From positions 1-28,308 of IMG/VR virus record IMGVR_UViG_3300020214_002251: a stretch of 28,308 bases of DNA. One strand, written 5' to 3'. Below the pieces are notes generated by a model, which saw only the letters and a program-made list of their open reading frames with translations, did not search any database and had not been told where the DNA came from. The stretch is from a virus. Lineage: Duplodnaviria; Caudoviricetes. Positions within the stretch are counted from its first letter, which is position 1, and every line of letters starts with the position of its first letter. Shown here piece after piece: positions 1 through 9,829 of the stretch. Made by a program: the position numbers and the translations under genes.

Positions 1-1
1 T

Positions 2-298
2 ACTTCAAGCAATGTAATTATTCAAATTAGAGGAAATGAGATTAAATTCGTTGATTCTGATACGATTACTGTCTTTTTTGCAAATCCAGAAGTAGCTAAC
101 TATATTTGTTCAATATTTGATAAAGCAACCGATATTCGAGCGGCTAAGAAATCTGATTCAATATATCAAATGCAACTTTATCATATTCGAAAGGTCGAAG
201 GCGCTTTAATAACTCGAAACCGTCTACCGGCTGAGGACCGACAACGAATTAGACCAAAACTAATGGATAAAACACTAGAAATTATGGCAGGGGACTAA
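2..298 (+). CDS. 3' end of hypothetical protein (5'-truncated by window)
   Basis: Frame 2 is open from base 2 to TAA at 296-298 (...TRNRLPAEDRQRIRPKLMDKTLEIMAGD*) and is followed by a terminator hairpin. Not in the ORF track. Confidence 0.75.
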   Translation, partial: TSSNVIIQIRGNEIKFVDSDTITVFFANPEVANYICSIFDKATDIRAAKKSDSIYQMQLYHIRKVEGALITRNRLPAEDRQRIRPKLMDKTLEIMAGD

Positions 299-315
299 AC
301 AAAGTCCCCTTTTTT
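289..315 (+). terminator. Rho-independent terminator
   Basis: AGGGGACT-aaacaa-AGTCCCCT perfect 8-bp stem followed by TTTTT, overlapping the stop codon. Confidence 0.85.
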
Positions 316-323
316 AGTATAAC
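297..323 (+). promoter_or_regulatory. Putative early/middle promoter AAAC-N17-TATAAC
   Basis: Same spacing pattern as six other intergenic sites; ends 5 nt before the ATG at 329. Confidence 0.5.
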
Positions 324-328
324 AGAAT

Positions 329-398
329 ATGAAAATAAATTTTGCAGAACGATTATGCCCAGGTTGATGGCTCTGGCGTGATGGGTTGGTGGGATTAA
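329..398 (+). pseudogene. Collapsed remnant of a phage hypothetical gene (N- and C-termini only)
   Basis: ATG 329 gives MKINFAE; after one extra base, 351-398 reads DYAQVDGSGVMGWWD*. Both ends resemble the termini (MKIxFAD... and ...DGSGMxGWWD*) of a roughly 200-aa large-phage family recalled from memory. Confidence 0.5.
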
Positions 399-490
399 CT
401 TAAAAAATATTATTTTTATAATGTGGCAAAACTAATTAAAACCAAAAATTCAGAATACATAATATAAGAATAAAAACACCATTTACCTTA

Positions 491-2503
491 ATGGCAAAAC
501 AACAAGCAAATCAAAGCAAAACTCCAGTATTAGATAATTTCGGTAAAGATTTAACGCAATTAGCAGCAGAAGGCCGACTCGACCCAGTCGTAGGTAGGCA
601 AAAGGAAATTAGACGATGCAGTCAAATTTTAGCTAGAAGAAAAAAGAATAATCCGATCTTAATTGGGGAGCCTGGTGTTGGTAAAACTGCCATTGTTGAA
701 GGCTTAGCAAAGATGATTATCGAGAGAACTTGCCCAAGAGTTCTTTTTGACAAAAAGATTATTGCTTTAGAACTATCAACACTAGTTGCAGGTACTAAAT
801 ATCGTGGTCAATTTGAAGAACGTATGGAAAACATTATTCAAGAAGTTTCTGTCAACCCAAATATTATTCTGTTTATTGATGAAATTCATACGTTAATTGG
901 AGCGGGCTCCGCAAGTGGTTCGCTGGACGCGGCCAATATTCTAAAGCCAGCACTCGCTCGTGGAGAAATACAATGTATTGGCGCGACTACAATTAATGAA
1001 TACCGAGAATCTATTGAAAAGGATGGTGCATTAAGCAGAAGATTTCAGCAAGTTATGGTTGACCCATCAACATCCGATGAAACTCGACAAATCTTACACA
1101 ATATCCGAGAAAAATATGAAGCCCATCATATGGTCAGGTATTCAGAAGAGGCTCTAGATGCTTGTGTTAATTACGGTAATCGATATATTCAGGATAGATT
1201 TTTGCCAGACAAGGCAATTGACTTAATGGATGAAGCTGGCGCAAATGTGCATATAGCTGGAGTAATAGTTCCAGAAAATATTAAAGAGCTTGAAAAAAAG
1301 CTGGGTGAAGTTGGCGATAAAAAAAGAAAAGCAGTTGAAGCTCAACAATATGAAACTGCTGCTAAGCTACGAGATGAAGAGCGCCAAGTAATGGATGAAA
1401 TTGACCTTGCTAAAAAGGGTTGGGACCAATCTTTAAAAGATAATAGGCTGCCAGTAAATGAAGATGATATTGCTCAGGTAGTTTCAAACATTACTGGAAT
1501 TGTTGTTAGTCGACTAAAGGGCTCAGAAAGAGAACGGCTTGTCGGTATGGAAGATTGGTTGAATGCAAGAGTAATAGGTCAGGATCATGCAGTTAAAAAG
1601 ATTACTCGAGCAATTCATAGAGCAAGAGCAGGTCTTAAATCTAAAAAGAAGCCGATTGGGACATTTATTTTCTTAGGCCCAACTGGTGTCGGTAAAACCG
1701 AATTAGCTAAGCAATTGGCAAAATTTATGTTTGATTCAGAAGATGCTCTAATTCGAGTTGACATGTCTGAATTTGGAGAAAAATTTACCAGTAGCAAATT
1801 ATCCGGAGCTCCTCCAGGTTATGTTGGTTATGAAAAAGGCGGCCAGTTAACTGAAAAAGTAAAACGTAAACCCTATTCAGTTGTACTTCTTGATGAAATT
1901 GAAAAAGCCCATCCAGATATTTTTAACACTCTATTACAGGTATTAGATGAGGGTCATATGACTGACGGATTGGGTCGAAAGATTGACTTTAAGAATACTG
2001 TTATCATTATGACTTCTAATGTTGGGGCACGTAAAGTTCAAGATTTCGGTAACGGCATTGGCTTTGCAACAGCAAGCTCTCTAGAAAAACAAAAAGATTT
2101 AGCTGCATCGGTATTAAAAAATGCGTTAAGCTCTCAATTTGCACCAGAGTTTCTTAACCGGATAGATGATGTAATCATTTTTGATAGTCTAACCAGAGAA
2201 AATATTCAAAAGATTATTGAAGTTGAGATTGCTGATCTATATGAGAGAGTTTCAGAAAATGGCTATACTTTAGAATTAACTCAAGCCGCAAAGGACTTTA
2301 TTGTTGATAAGGGCTATGATGAGAAGTATGGAGCTAGACCTCTGCACCGAATGATCCAGTCACACGTAGAGGACCTGATCGCTGAAGCTTATATTGACAA
2401 TACGGTCCAGAATGGAGATCATCTGGTAATAACCCATGATCCTGGAGCAGAAGAGCTTAGAATAATTAATGGAGACTCCTCTCAAATAAATAAATTAAAA
2501 TAA
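491..2503 (+). CDS. clpC: ClpC-type AAA+ unfoldase lacking the N-terminal Clp-repeat domain
   Basis: Walker A1 GEPGVGKT, Walker B1 FIDEIH, pore loop GTKYRG, short UVR-like middle domain ([15 protein letters not shown]), Walker A2 [12 protein letters not shown] loop, [14 protein letters not shown] ClpP-docking loop (GNGIGF). Begins at [10 protein letters not shown], as in Bacteroidota ClpC after the NTD. Confidence 0.93.
   Translation: MAKQQANQSKTPVLDNFGKDLTQLAAEGRLDPVVGRQKEIRRCSQILARRKKNNPILIGEPGVGKTAIVEGLAKMIIERTCPRVLFDKKIIALELSTLVAGTKYRGQFEERMENIIQEVSVNPNIILFIDEIHTLIGAGSASGSLDAANILKPALARGEIQCIGATTINEYRESIEKDGALSRRFQQVMVDPSTSDETRQILHNIREKYEAHHMVRYSEEALDACVNYGNRYIQDRFLPDKAIDLMDEAGANVHIAGVIVPENIKELEKKLGEVGDKKRKAVEAQQYETAAKLRDEERQVMDEIDLAKKGWDQSLKDNRLPVNEDDIAQVVSNITGIVVSRLKGSERERLVGMEDWLNARVIGQDHAVKKITRAIHRARAGLKSKKKPIGTFIFLGPTGVGKTELAKQLAKFMFDSEDALIRVDMSEFGEKFTSSKLSGAPPGYVGYEKGGQLTEKVKRKPYSVVLLDEIEKAHPDIFNTLLQVLDEGHMTDGLGRKIDFKNTVIIMTSNVGARKVQDFGNGIGFATASSLEKQKDLAASVLKNALSSQFAPEFLNRIDDVIIFDSLTRENIQKIIEVEIADLYERVSENGYTLELTQAAKDFIVDKGYDEKYGARPLHRMIQSHVEDLIAEAYIDNTVQNGDHLVITHDPGAEELRIINGDSSQINKLK
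2486..2492 (+). promoter_or_regulatory. Putative late promoter ATAAATA
   Basis: T4 late-promoter-like (TATAAATA) element shortly before ATG 2516; recurs before 8 gene starts. Confidence 0.55.
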
Positions 2504-2515
2504 GATGATTATAAA

Positions 2516-3226
2516 ATGGGGAAATTTGGAAACAGAAGCATACCTAAGTTTATGAAAGATGAAAATGATATGCTGATTGGTGAGGATTCTATAAAAAAAG
2601 CAAGAATTCAAGAATTACAAGAGGGTCATTCTGAGCCCGAAATTGTTTCATTAGGCGATGCAGACGGCGGCGATTTTATCACAATTACAGTTAAAACAGT
2701 TGAAGGTGAAGAAGTTGCTCTAGAATTTAAACTTGACGACGATCGCGAAGAGACTGAAGAAGAGGGAATTTACAAAGGAACCCTATCTTCTGAATATAAT
2801 GATGTAGTTTACCTGATTAATTGCGAAATCGAAGAAGCCGGCAATGGCGATTACGATATCAAAATTGGTGATGTTAGTGCAGATATGGGCTCAGCTAAAA
2901 AAGAGAAAGACGAAGCAGATATTAATGAATCACAAGTTCTAAGATTTAAACAATTTATTGGAGAAGCAATGGTCGATTTAGCCAATAGGCCTAAAAATAG
3001 GCGTGACGATGACGAACTTCCATATTTTGATCATGAGCCTATTTCAGAAGGATCTGGCTGCTCAGCCAAAACCAAGTCAATGATTAGGTCAATGTGTAAA
3101 GAATATTTGATTGACGAGGGTATGAAATACCATCAAGACGAAAATGAGTCTCATACGTATGACGGTTATATTCATGAGTGTACGTCTTATTTTAAAGAGT
3201 GCATGATGAACGAAGCTTGGAGATAA
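2516..3226 (+). CDS. Acidic hypothetical protein, probable virion/internal head protein
   Basis: 236-aa ORF after ATAAATA; internal INE-SQVLRFKQFIGE motif; followed by a terminator. Confidence 0.75.
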   Translation: MGKFGNRSIPKFMKDENDMLIGEDSIKKARIQELQEGHSEPEIVSLGDADGGDFITITVKTVEGEEVALEFKLDDDREETEEEGIYKGTLSSEYNDVVYLINCEIEEAGNGDYDIKIGDVSADMGSAKKEKDEADINESQVLRFKQFIGEAMVDLANRPKNRRDDDELPYFDHEPISEGSGCSAKTKSMIRSMCKEYLIDEGMKYHQDENESHTYDGYIHECTSYFKECMMNEAWR

Positions 3227-3247
3227 TTGATCTTTTAATATTTTATT

Positions 3248-3272
3248 AAATGGGACCTAAGTCCCATTTTTT
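3248..3272 (+). terminator. Rho-independent terminator
   Basis: AAATGGGAC-ctaa-GTCCCATTT stem plus T tract; same GGGAC/GTCCC core as the 289 terminator. Confidence 0.85.
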
Positions 3273-3293
3273 ATTTTAGGGAGTATAATAAAC

Positions 3294-4550
3294 ATGATGG
3301 CTATTCGAGGACGCACTATTGCAATTTTTGACCTTGACGATACTCTGGTTGTAACTAATGCTCGTATCGAGGTCATGGACTCTCGAACTGGTTCTAAATT
3401 TTATCTGTCACCAAAGGAATTTAACGATTACGAGAGAAATGTAAATCATTCTATTAATTTCTCCCAGTTTGATGATCCTGATATCTTGCGAGCCGGCACA
3501 ATCGTTAAGTGGACTCTTGATATTATGAAAGAAGTCTATGCAAAAGAGGGAGCAGTAGGTATAATCACAGCTAGGGGAGATGCTAAGCTCGTTAGAGAAT
3601 TTATGTTAAGTCATGGAGTAGATATTCACCCAGACCTTGTATTTGCAGTAAATGAACCTGGCACAAAATTCATTGGTACAAATGCAGAAAAAAAGAGCCA
3701 AGCCTTTAAAAAACTAATAGAGAAAGGCTATTCTAAATTTATTTTCTTCGACGACGACATAAATAACCTAAAGCATGCAAAGCTGCTCGAGAAAAGATAT
3801 TCAATTAAGATTAAAACTGAACATATTAAGCCCGAGCAATTGCCAGAGATTACAATGAAGAAAATTGGAATTTTTACCGGTAAATTTAAGCCTCCTCACA
3901 AAGGCCACTATGAAATAATTAAGAGAGCCCTTGCTGAAAATGATCAAGTTATGATCTACGTTTCTGATAGGCCTGAGGGCGGAATCACTGCAGACAAGGC
4001 AATCAAAATCTTAAAGAAGTATATTGGTAAAAATTCAAAAAATACAATAATTAAAAAGACAAGTATCTCTCCAGTTCGAAGTGCATATCAATTGATTTAT
4101 GCACTTGGCGAGACGGCTGATGCACCAAACCACGCAATTACTTTGTATGCAGCACCTGATGATATGTCAAGATTTGATGACGTTCATAAATTCGCTGGTA
4201 AGATAAAGAACATCCAAAAGGTTAATACTGGCCGAGCAAAGTTTAGCGACGGCAACCGAGATCTATATGGAAAGGACCTTAGAAGATTTTTAAAGAATGA
4301 CGACTTTGCCTCATTTGCGCAGGGGATTCCGGACAAAATAAATCCAAAGATCATTTGGAAAATATTAAGAACTAATGAGACCGGCGAATACACTGTGCCG
4401 GCTAGCGCTTTTAAACTAAATAAAAAAGTCACAAATCAGCCAATTAATCCGGTAACCACTAATCGAGCACTACAGCATCCAACATATCGAAATGGGTTTA
4501 TAAACGAGAATAAAGTCCTGTCATTTAAAGACTTCACAGATAAGAAATAA
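3294..4550 (+). CDS. HAD phosphatase + HIGH-family (cytidylyltransferase/NMNAT/PPAT-like) nucleotidyltransferase fusion
   Basis: HAD motifs DLDDTL, ITAR, K, FFDDD in aa 1-160; second domain starts MKKIGIFTGKFKPPHKGH (HxGH) at nt 3855; C-terminal INE-NKVLSFKDF. Confidence 0.82.
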   Translation: MMAIRGRTIAIFDLDDTLVVTNARIEVMDSRTGSKFYLSPKEFNDYERNVNHSINFSQFDDPDILRAGTIVKWTLDIMKEVYAKEGAVGIITARGDAKLVREFMLSHGVDIHPDLVFAVNEPGTKFIGTNAEKKSQAFKKLIEKGYSKFIFFDDDINNLKHAKLLEKRYSIKIKTEHIKPEQLPEITMKKIGIFTGKFKPPHKGHYEIIKRALAENDQVMIYVSDRPEGGITADKAIKILKKYIGKNSKNTIIKKTSISPVRSAYQLIYALGETADAPNHAITLYAAPDDMSRFDDVHKFAGKIKNIQKVNTGRAKFSDGNRDLYGKDLRRFLKNDDFASFAQGIPDKINPKIIWKILRTNETGEYTVPASAFKLNKKVTNQPINPVTTNRALQHPTYRNGFINENKVLSFKDFTDKK

Positions 4551-4568
4551 TGCTCTTTTAATCGGCTG

Positions 4569-4575
4569 ATAAATA
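4569..4575 (+). promoter_or_regulatory. Putative late promoter ATAAATA
   Basis: GATAAATAA upstream of ATG 4594, heading the operon that contains gp13 and gp25. Confidence 0.6.
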
Positions 4576-4593
4576 AACAAAAACGCGACCGAT

Positions 4594-5388
4594 ATGGCAT
4601 CGATTTTAAATTTCGACAATTTTTACACAAAAATACAAGAAGGTTCTAAAGACCCATATGATAAGGCTAAAGTGATGAAAGTAAAAGGTAAATTTGAAGT
4701 TTACACTACTCAAGATGGTGAAATTAAAACCTTTGATACTGAAGCTGAAGCTAAAAAATTCGCTGATGATTATAATAAAAAAAACATCAAAGAAATCATG
4801 CCAGGCGTTGATTTAGGTGCTTCATTTGAAAAAATGAAAGGCAGAATGAACACTAAAGATGAATTTAAAGTATTTGACCCTAAAGAAAAGGATAGACTGC
4901 GAGAAGTTGGATTAGATTCTGCTAAAAAATTCCATGACAGCTTTTCAGTATTAGACTTTTTTGGTGGATCTCTACCTAATAGTTACGAAAGTGCTAGAAT
5001 GGAAGCATCTCAAGCCGGTTACGACTTATCAACTGAAATGTATGATGAAGCAGCAATGATGGCACAGGACGCAGAAACTGATGAAGCGGATTCAGAGGAT
5101 TATGGTCCTGAAACTGACGCGTATATTAGTAAAGATGAAATAGACCGCAGAGCTAGAATGATGGAAGCTACTGAAGCTGAAGTTGCACAAAGAAAATCAG
5201 CAATTGAAGAAGAAGATGCAAAAATTGCAAAAGATGAAGCAGCTTTAGCAACACGTGCTGAAAAAATTAAGGATGATGATCCAAACGCAATGACTGAAAG
5301 ACAAATCCTCGCAAATGAGCAGGCTGTTCTAGCACAGAGAAAAGCTGATCTTGAAAAAAAGAGAGCGGAAGTTGCAGCAACTGCATAA
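4594..5388 (+). CDS. Hypothetical protein, probable internal head protein
   Basis: N-terminal ILNFDNFYTKIQE motif, small beta-beta-alpha-like segment (FEVYTTQDGEIKTFDTEAEAKKF), acidic linker, C-terminal coiled coil. Confidence 0.75.
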   Translation: MASILNFDNFYTKIQEGSKDPYDKAKVMKVKGKFEVYTTQDGEIKTFDTEAEAKKFADDYNKKNIKEIMPGVDLGASFEKMKGRMNTKDEFKVFDPKEKDRLREVGLDSAKKFHDSFSVLDFFGGSLPNSYESARMEASQAGYDLSTEMYDEAAMMAQDAETDEADSEDYGPETDAYISKDEIDRRARMMEATEAEVAQRKSAIEEEDAKIAKDEAALATRAEKIKDDDPNAMTERQILANEQAVLAQRKADLEKKRAEVAATA

Positions 5389-5402
5389 AAAAGGCTAATT
5401 AA

Positions 5403-6140
5403 ATGACTAAAGCAGAATTAATTGCAGATATCCAGGAAGAGTTAACCTTTTCAAAGGCACTACCTTATGTTATTCCAGAAAAAGAGATTGCTAGAATAAT
5501 GAAGATTGCTGAAGGCTATTTTTATGATAACTGGCGTCATGCAGTTGAGCCTAGATATCTTGCAATTCCACAAGATGTTTTTAAAAATGATAGATTCAAA
5601 AAGGACCGCGCGGTTAGACTGCCTGATTGCGTACAATTCGTTCACCAAGTTAGAGAACCTAGAGGAGCTTCTATTTTTGGATCAATTGATAGAGACTTTT
5701 CAGAAAATAAATTTGTTGGTTCTGAGATATTCTTAACTCCATTTATTGGAGAATCAATTATGTACAGAACCATTCTATTCTCATTCTTAGACTTAACTAA
5801 GGGCTTTGTATTAGACACATTTGCATATAATTATAATCGTAACACTCATGATCTAATCATTATTGGTAGAAACCCAATCACTAATGGTATGGTATTAGAA
5901 GTTGCAAAAAAGATTGAATTAGAAGACTTGTATAATGACGAACTTTTCCAAAGATACATGAGAGCAAAAGCAAAATTAAGGTTGGGAGAACTCTTAACTA
6001 GTTTTGATTACAACCTTCCCGGTGGAGTTAAGGTAAATTATACAAACTTAGTAACTAGAGCCGAGGCTGAGCTCACTCAAGTAATGGACATGATGAAAGG
6101 CGAGAACACAGCCGATTGGATGTTCCTAATAAGACAATAA
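5403..6140 (+). CDS. gp13: Neck protein (T4 gp13-like)
   Basis: C-terminal LYNDELFQRY...LGELLTSFDYNLPGGVKVNY...AEAEL matches the gp13 YND.W...LPGGV..N pattern. Confidence 0.8.
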   Translation: MTKAELIADIQEELTFSKALPYVIPEKEIARIMKIAEGYFYDNWRHAVEPRYLAIPQDVFKNDRFKKDRAVRLPDCVQFVHQVREPRGASIFGSIDRDFSENKFVGSEIFLTPFIGESIMYRTILFSFLDLTKGFVLDTFAYNYNRNTHDLIIIGRNPITNGMVLEVAKKIELEDLYNDELFQRYMRAKAKLRLGELLTSFDYNLPGGVKVNYTNLVTRAEAELTQVMDMMKGENTADWMFLIRQ

Positions 6141-6144
6141 GCGT

Positions 6145-6525
6145 ATGGCAATAGATTTTTATTTTAGAACAGAAGGCGATCCTAACTATAAACCTGGTAT
6201 TTTTGAAGTAATGGACGATATCGAAAACACTATTCAACAGGTCAGAATGACTATTTTAACTAAGAAGGGAGAAGTATTAGGCGAGCCAGATTTTGGATTT
6301 GGAATGGAAAAATATCTATTTGAATTTGACAATCTTAGTATTACTGGAATTGAACGGGAGACAAATCAGCTTGTTGAAGACTATGTGCTAAATTCTAGAA
6401 AATATAAAATTGGAGTATCAGCCGGTTATCTAGACAATGTTGGTGATCCATATAAAACTTCAATTGTATTAGATGTAAAAATAAATGGTGAAACTTCTGC
6501 TTTCGCCGCCCTATTTGATGTATGA
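6145..6525 (+). CDS. gp25: Baseplate wedge subunit (gp25/GPW-like)
   Basis: ILTKKGEVLGEPDFGFGMEKYLFE matches the gp25 T..GER...PDFG..L..LLFE signature; 126 aa. Confidence 0.8.
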   Translation: MAIDFYFRTEGDPNYKPGIFEVMDDIENTIQQVRMTILTKKGEVLGEPDFGFGMEKYLFEFDNLSITGIERETNQLVEDYVLNSRKYKIGVSAGYLDNVGDPYKTSIVLDVKINGETSAFAALFDV

Positions 6526-6959
6526 CAACTTATGTACCACTATTCGAAACTTACTCAACTCCAAGTTGGTGGATTGGCCTTGCTGATTGTAATGGTATTG
6601 AATCTTTTATTCAAGAACCAGATATGAGCGACGCGGATGACGCAGATAGGCTTGCTGAATTGGGGTTAGATAAACCTGGCGCTGGTAATGAAATGCGAAA
6701 GGACTGGTCAAATACGGTAAGTATGTTACAAATGCGAGCTCGTACAAATTCTCAAAGACACGCAGTAGTATATCGAGTTAAACTAAATACCGAAGACTCT
6801 GATCAAATCGAAGAACTGTTAAGAGATAGTGAATACACCACTGCGCTAGATATACTTAAGCGAGAAGCATTAGTAACCCAACTTGCTAGAGGAACTGGCG
6901 TTAATTCCGAAAAGGCCTGGAATATGATTCCAAACCCGGACCTAGATCCATTTTCCTAA
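6522..6959 (+). CDS. Hypothetical protein
   Basis: ATGA overlap with gp25; N-terminal YVPLFETY variant of the shared motif; no family recognised. Confidence 0.75.
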   Translation: MTTYVPLFETYSTPSWWIGLADCNGIESFIQEPDMSDADDADRLAELGLDKPGAGNEMRKDWSNTVSMLQMRARTNSQRHAVVYRVKLNTEDSDQIEELLRDSEYTTALDILKREALVTQLARGTGVNSEKAWNMIPNPDLDPFS

Positions 6960-6960
6960 A

Positions 6961-8643
6961 TTATAAGGAGCCTGGCTCGCCAACCTCTTTTGAGGTTTCT
7001 CCAGTTGGTGGAGTTTGTGCTGCTGGTGCGGCCGGCGAAGCAGGTGCTCCAGCTGGAACTGCTCCTGCATCAGCACTAACTTCTAAAGCTTTGCCATATG
7101 CTGCTAAGTAGTCGCGGTTCTTATGAATATCTTCATCACTCATCTTAAGATATTCCTTAATTAAGTATTCAGTTGAGAAGTATGGCTGGCCGCCATCGTC
7201 GACTACTGCCTTAAGAGCATTTAGTGTGGCAAGACGCTTATTAAGTAGATCCTGTTGTTTGATTTCTTCAAATACATTATCATCATAAAATTGAAGACCT
7301 ACTGCATTTGAGAATTTAGGATCGTCTTTTAACTCTTTAAAGTCCAAGCACATTTGAATATAAAGAGGCTTGGTAATAAGCTCTTTAAAAGCAGAACGGA
7401 GTCTTGAAATAAATTTATTATACCGGATTTCTTCTCTAGAAATTCCTTCAGCGCTCATAGTATAAGTTCCCATACCATCGCCAAATCTAGATTCTGGAAT
7501 TTTTGAATCTAGTTTTAGTTTATCATGGAAATACTTAAGAAGCTCAGAACCTGATAGATTTGGACCAGCATATTCGAGCGGTTCAATCTTGACTTGTTCG
7601 TTTCGGTCATTTATCGGTAATACATAGTTCTTATAAAAAAGAATGTTCGGTTTACCGTCAACTTTTAATTCACCAGATTCTCCGTCAAACGAAATATCTT
7701 CTTTTAGAGTATTTGTAAATTCGCGAATATCTTCTTTTGCCTTCTGCATTGACTTTGTACCTACTGGCACTGTCGTCGTTAAGCGAATTGGCGCATTCAT
7801 TGTGTGCCAAATAACTTTTGAATGCTCAATGATTCTAAGTAGATTAAACGAGCGAACCATTCTTTCAACAAACGATACTCGCTTTGTTCTAAATTGATTT
7901 GAATATGAGATATAAATTACTTGAGAATCGGTAAGCGTTCTAAGTTTTGCACCCTTTGGATCTTTTTGTGCCCATTCTAGATAAATCTTACCGGTAAAAT
8001 CCTTTTTAACTTGAGGAAAAAGAGTAGCTGGATCAAGTTCTTTAAATCCGATAATATTCTTTGGATTCATTGGATCGTCAAAGATTATCTCAAAGGCTAG
8101 ATGGCCTTCGATAAGCCACTGATAGAAATATTGCCAAGATGAGATACCTGTACCAAATCCCCAAGCGGAGTAGATCTTTTGAAAGTTTTCTTGATAGCGG
8201 TTAACAATTTTCTCTTGGTATTGCAATCTAGCTTCTTTACTTCTTCCCTTATACCGAATTTCTCCTATCAGGTCATTTGGATAACAAAAACGGTTATCAT
8301 CGTCAAATACGACCGCATCGTCAGTAATCGTTTCCAAGATAAATTCGATTTCGCCGTTTGATGCAATGTCTCTAAGTCTTTCTCTCTTTGAAATATAGTC
8401 TAATTGAAAGAATGCAATTGACTTTGATCGTAAGCTTGATGTAGTATCGGATAAGGCTAAAGTAGCTTTCATTAGGTCATCGCCCAATAGTCCGCCCTGC
8501 ATTCCACTCAATTGACCTTCAATAAAGCCAATTGCTTGAGAATTTTTGATTAACAAGTCATCATATTTCATTCCAAATCGACTTAGCTCAGTTAATCTTG
8601 ATCTAATGCCGCTGAGTGGATTATTATCTAAAAAGCCTGCCAT
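6961..8643 (-). CDS. gp20: Portal vertex protein (T4 gp20-like)
   Basis: EIEFILETITDDAVV, WLIEGHLAF, NLLRIIEHSKVIWHTMNAPIR, VPVG...KAKE, KYFHDKLKLDSKIPESRF and ISREEIRYNKFISRLRSAF follow gp20 conserved blocks; Ala/Pro-rich tail. Confidence 0.9.
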   Translation of the reverse strand: MAGFLDNNPLSGIRSRLTELSRFGMKYDDLLIKNSQAIGFIEGQLSGMQGGLLGDDLMKATLALSDTTSSLRSKSIAFFQLDYISKRERLRDIASNGEIEFILETITDDAVVFDDDNRFCYPNDLIGEIRYKGRSKEARLQYQEKIVNRYQENFQKIYSAWGFGTGISSWQYFYQWLIEGHLAFEIIFDDPMNPKNIIGFKELDPATLFPQVKKDFTGKIYLEWAQKDPKGAKLRTLTDSQVIYISYSNQFRTKRVSFVERMVRSFNLLRIIEHSKVIWHTMNAPIRLTTTVPVGTKSMQKAKEDIREFTNTLKEDISFDGESGELKVDGKPNILFYKNYVLPINDRNEQVKIEPLEYAGPNLSGSELLKYFHDKLKLDSKIPESRFGDGMGTYTMSAEGISREEIRYNKFISRLRSAFKELITKPLYIQMCLDFKELKDDPKFSNAVGLQFYDDNVFEEIKQQDLLNKRLATLNALKAVVDDGGQPYFSTEYLIKEYLKMSDEDIHKNRDYLAAYGKALEVSADAGAVPAGAPASPAAPAAQTPPTGETSKEVGEPGSL

Positions 8644-8652
8644 TTATGGGCG

Positions 8653-9300
8653 TTATTTTCCAAATTCTGATAAAAGAACTGCAACTGGAGTCTTTACTGC
8701 AATGGTTGGATCGTTTCGGTAATCGATTTGTTCGATTTTTGAAACATCCTCCCAATCAATTAGGGATATGTTTGCCATGTTCTCTCTTTGATATTTATTT
8801 AGAGCAAAGCTCAAGTTAATTCCAGTGAGCTTGGACATGAAAGCCGGATTGACTGTTAAAAATGGGCCAATCGTTTTTTCGTTTAACCGGTTTTCAAATG
8901 GAATTAACTGGCCGTCGTTTCCATAAAAAAGCTTTAGTCTTTCTTGAACTGTTCTCAAATATCGACGGATGATAACTGATCGCAATTTGGGAGGAATCAT
9001 TTTAAGATTTAGTATGATTTCTCCATCTGACCCACCCAAGCCTAGACAAACAGGGCTGTTATCATAATACGGCCGCTTAACCTGATATTGATTTAATGAT
9101 TTTGGGCTAAACGTTTCAGATAAGTTTGGTACTACATCATTTGGCAAAGCATTCACCACATTAAATGAATAGAAATGACCAGGGATCAATTTAAACCTGT
9201 TAAACGGTTTACCTTCTTCCTGAAAGTAATAATTTGCATAATGACTCGATTCGGCAATCGTGCCATCTGTAATATATGAATCTAAATCAATATATGCCAT
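8653..9300 (-). CDS. gp2: DNA end protector protein (T4 gp2-like)
   Basis: PGHFYSF, PYYDNSP, LNLKMIPPKLR resemble gp2 (PG..Y.F, PYWD.FP, GLNLHY.PP..R); directly downstream of gp4 as in T4-like phages. Confidence 0.65.
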   Translation of the reverse strand: MAYIDLDSYITDGTIAESSHYANYYFQEEGKPFNRFKLIPGHFYSFNVVNALPNDVVPNLSETFSPKSLNQYQVKRPYYDNSPVCLGLGGSDGEIILNLKMIPPKLRSVIIRRYLRTVQERLKLFYGNDGQLIPFENRLNEKTIGPFLTVNPAFMSKLTGINLSFALNKYQRENMANISLIDWEDVSKIEQIDYRNDPTIAVKTPVAVLLSEFGK

Positions 9301-9306
9301 TACTAT

Positions 9307-9334
9307 ATTTTATATTGATTTAAACAAAAAGTTT
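9307..9334 (-). promoter_or_regulatory. Putative promoter AAAC-N18-TAAAAT
   Basis: Reverse complement reads AAACtttttgtttaaatcaataTAAAAT, ending 6 nt before ATG 9300. Confidence 0.45.
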
Positions 9335-9816
9335 TCAGTTATAATTCCAAACTGTAAACCGCGAATTGATGCAAATTCACGAGCTGCTTCAAACTTAGCC
9401 TGATTGAGAATGAACTGCTTGGCTGCATACATATAATTCGCTGTCTGCTTATCGGTCATCCGTTTTGGAGCAACTGGCGGCTTTGTATACTTATTAGGTT
9501 TTACCTCGATTAGCCAAGCCTTTTCCTTACCATCAGTATCTTTTGTTACAATATAAAAGTCAACATAGTAAATGTGGCCTCTTTTATCTAGAGGGCTATA
9601 GTATGGAATGCCGACCGGCTCAGATGAATATTTTAGAATGGTTGGGCTAGCGTCACACCATTTTAGAAATTTAAATTCCCATGAGCTTCTAAAAATTATT
9701 TGACTTGGATTGCCGATGTACTTTTCTGGATTGGCTGGTCTAAAATAACCTTGCTGGACCTGACCATGTCGAGGGCTAAGAAAGGTCTTAATATTATTCT
9801 TTTGAACCGGCTTCAT
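9310..9816 (-). CDS. gp4: Head completion nuclease (T4 gp4-like, TnsA-type PD-(D/E)xK)
   Basis: GYFRPANPEKYIG, FRSSWE, WCD, SSE..IPY.SP.D, YYVDF, IEVKP, NQAKFEAA, ITE. Confidence 0.92.
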   Translation of the reverse strand: MKPVQKNNIKTFLSPRHGQVQQGYFRPANPEKYIGNPSQIIFRSSWEFKFLKWCDASPTILKYSSEPVGIPYYSPLDKRGHIYYVDFYIVTKDTDGKEKAWLIEVKPNKYTKPPVAPKRMTDKQTANYMYAAKQFILNQAKFEAAREFASIRGLQFGIITENFLFKSI

Positions 9817-9821
9817 ATAGT

Positions 9822-9829
9822 TATTTATA
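9822..9829 (-). promoter_or_regulatory. T4-type late promoter TATAAATA
   Basis: Exact TATAAATA on the minus strand 5 nt before the gp4 ATG. Confidence 0.65.

Noticed and set aside
439-468. AAAC...TATAAG upstream of clpC as another promoter copy
   Set aside because: The 20-nt spacer is outside the 16-18 range, and the region is very A-rich.
491-2503. ClpB call, or evidence of a bacterial chromosome
   Set aside because: The short UVR-type middle domain and IGF loop indicate ClpC, and all recognisable neighbours are phage genes.
6975-7080. GC-rich repetitive patch at the portal 3' end
   Set aside because: Encodes an Ala/Pro low-complexity tail typical of T4-like portals.
9310-9816. TnsA endonuclease suggesting a Tn7 element
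   Set aside because: Motifs and neighbours (gp2, portal) identify T4 gp4; no TnsB/TnsC or transposon ends seen.
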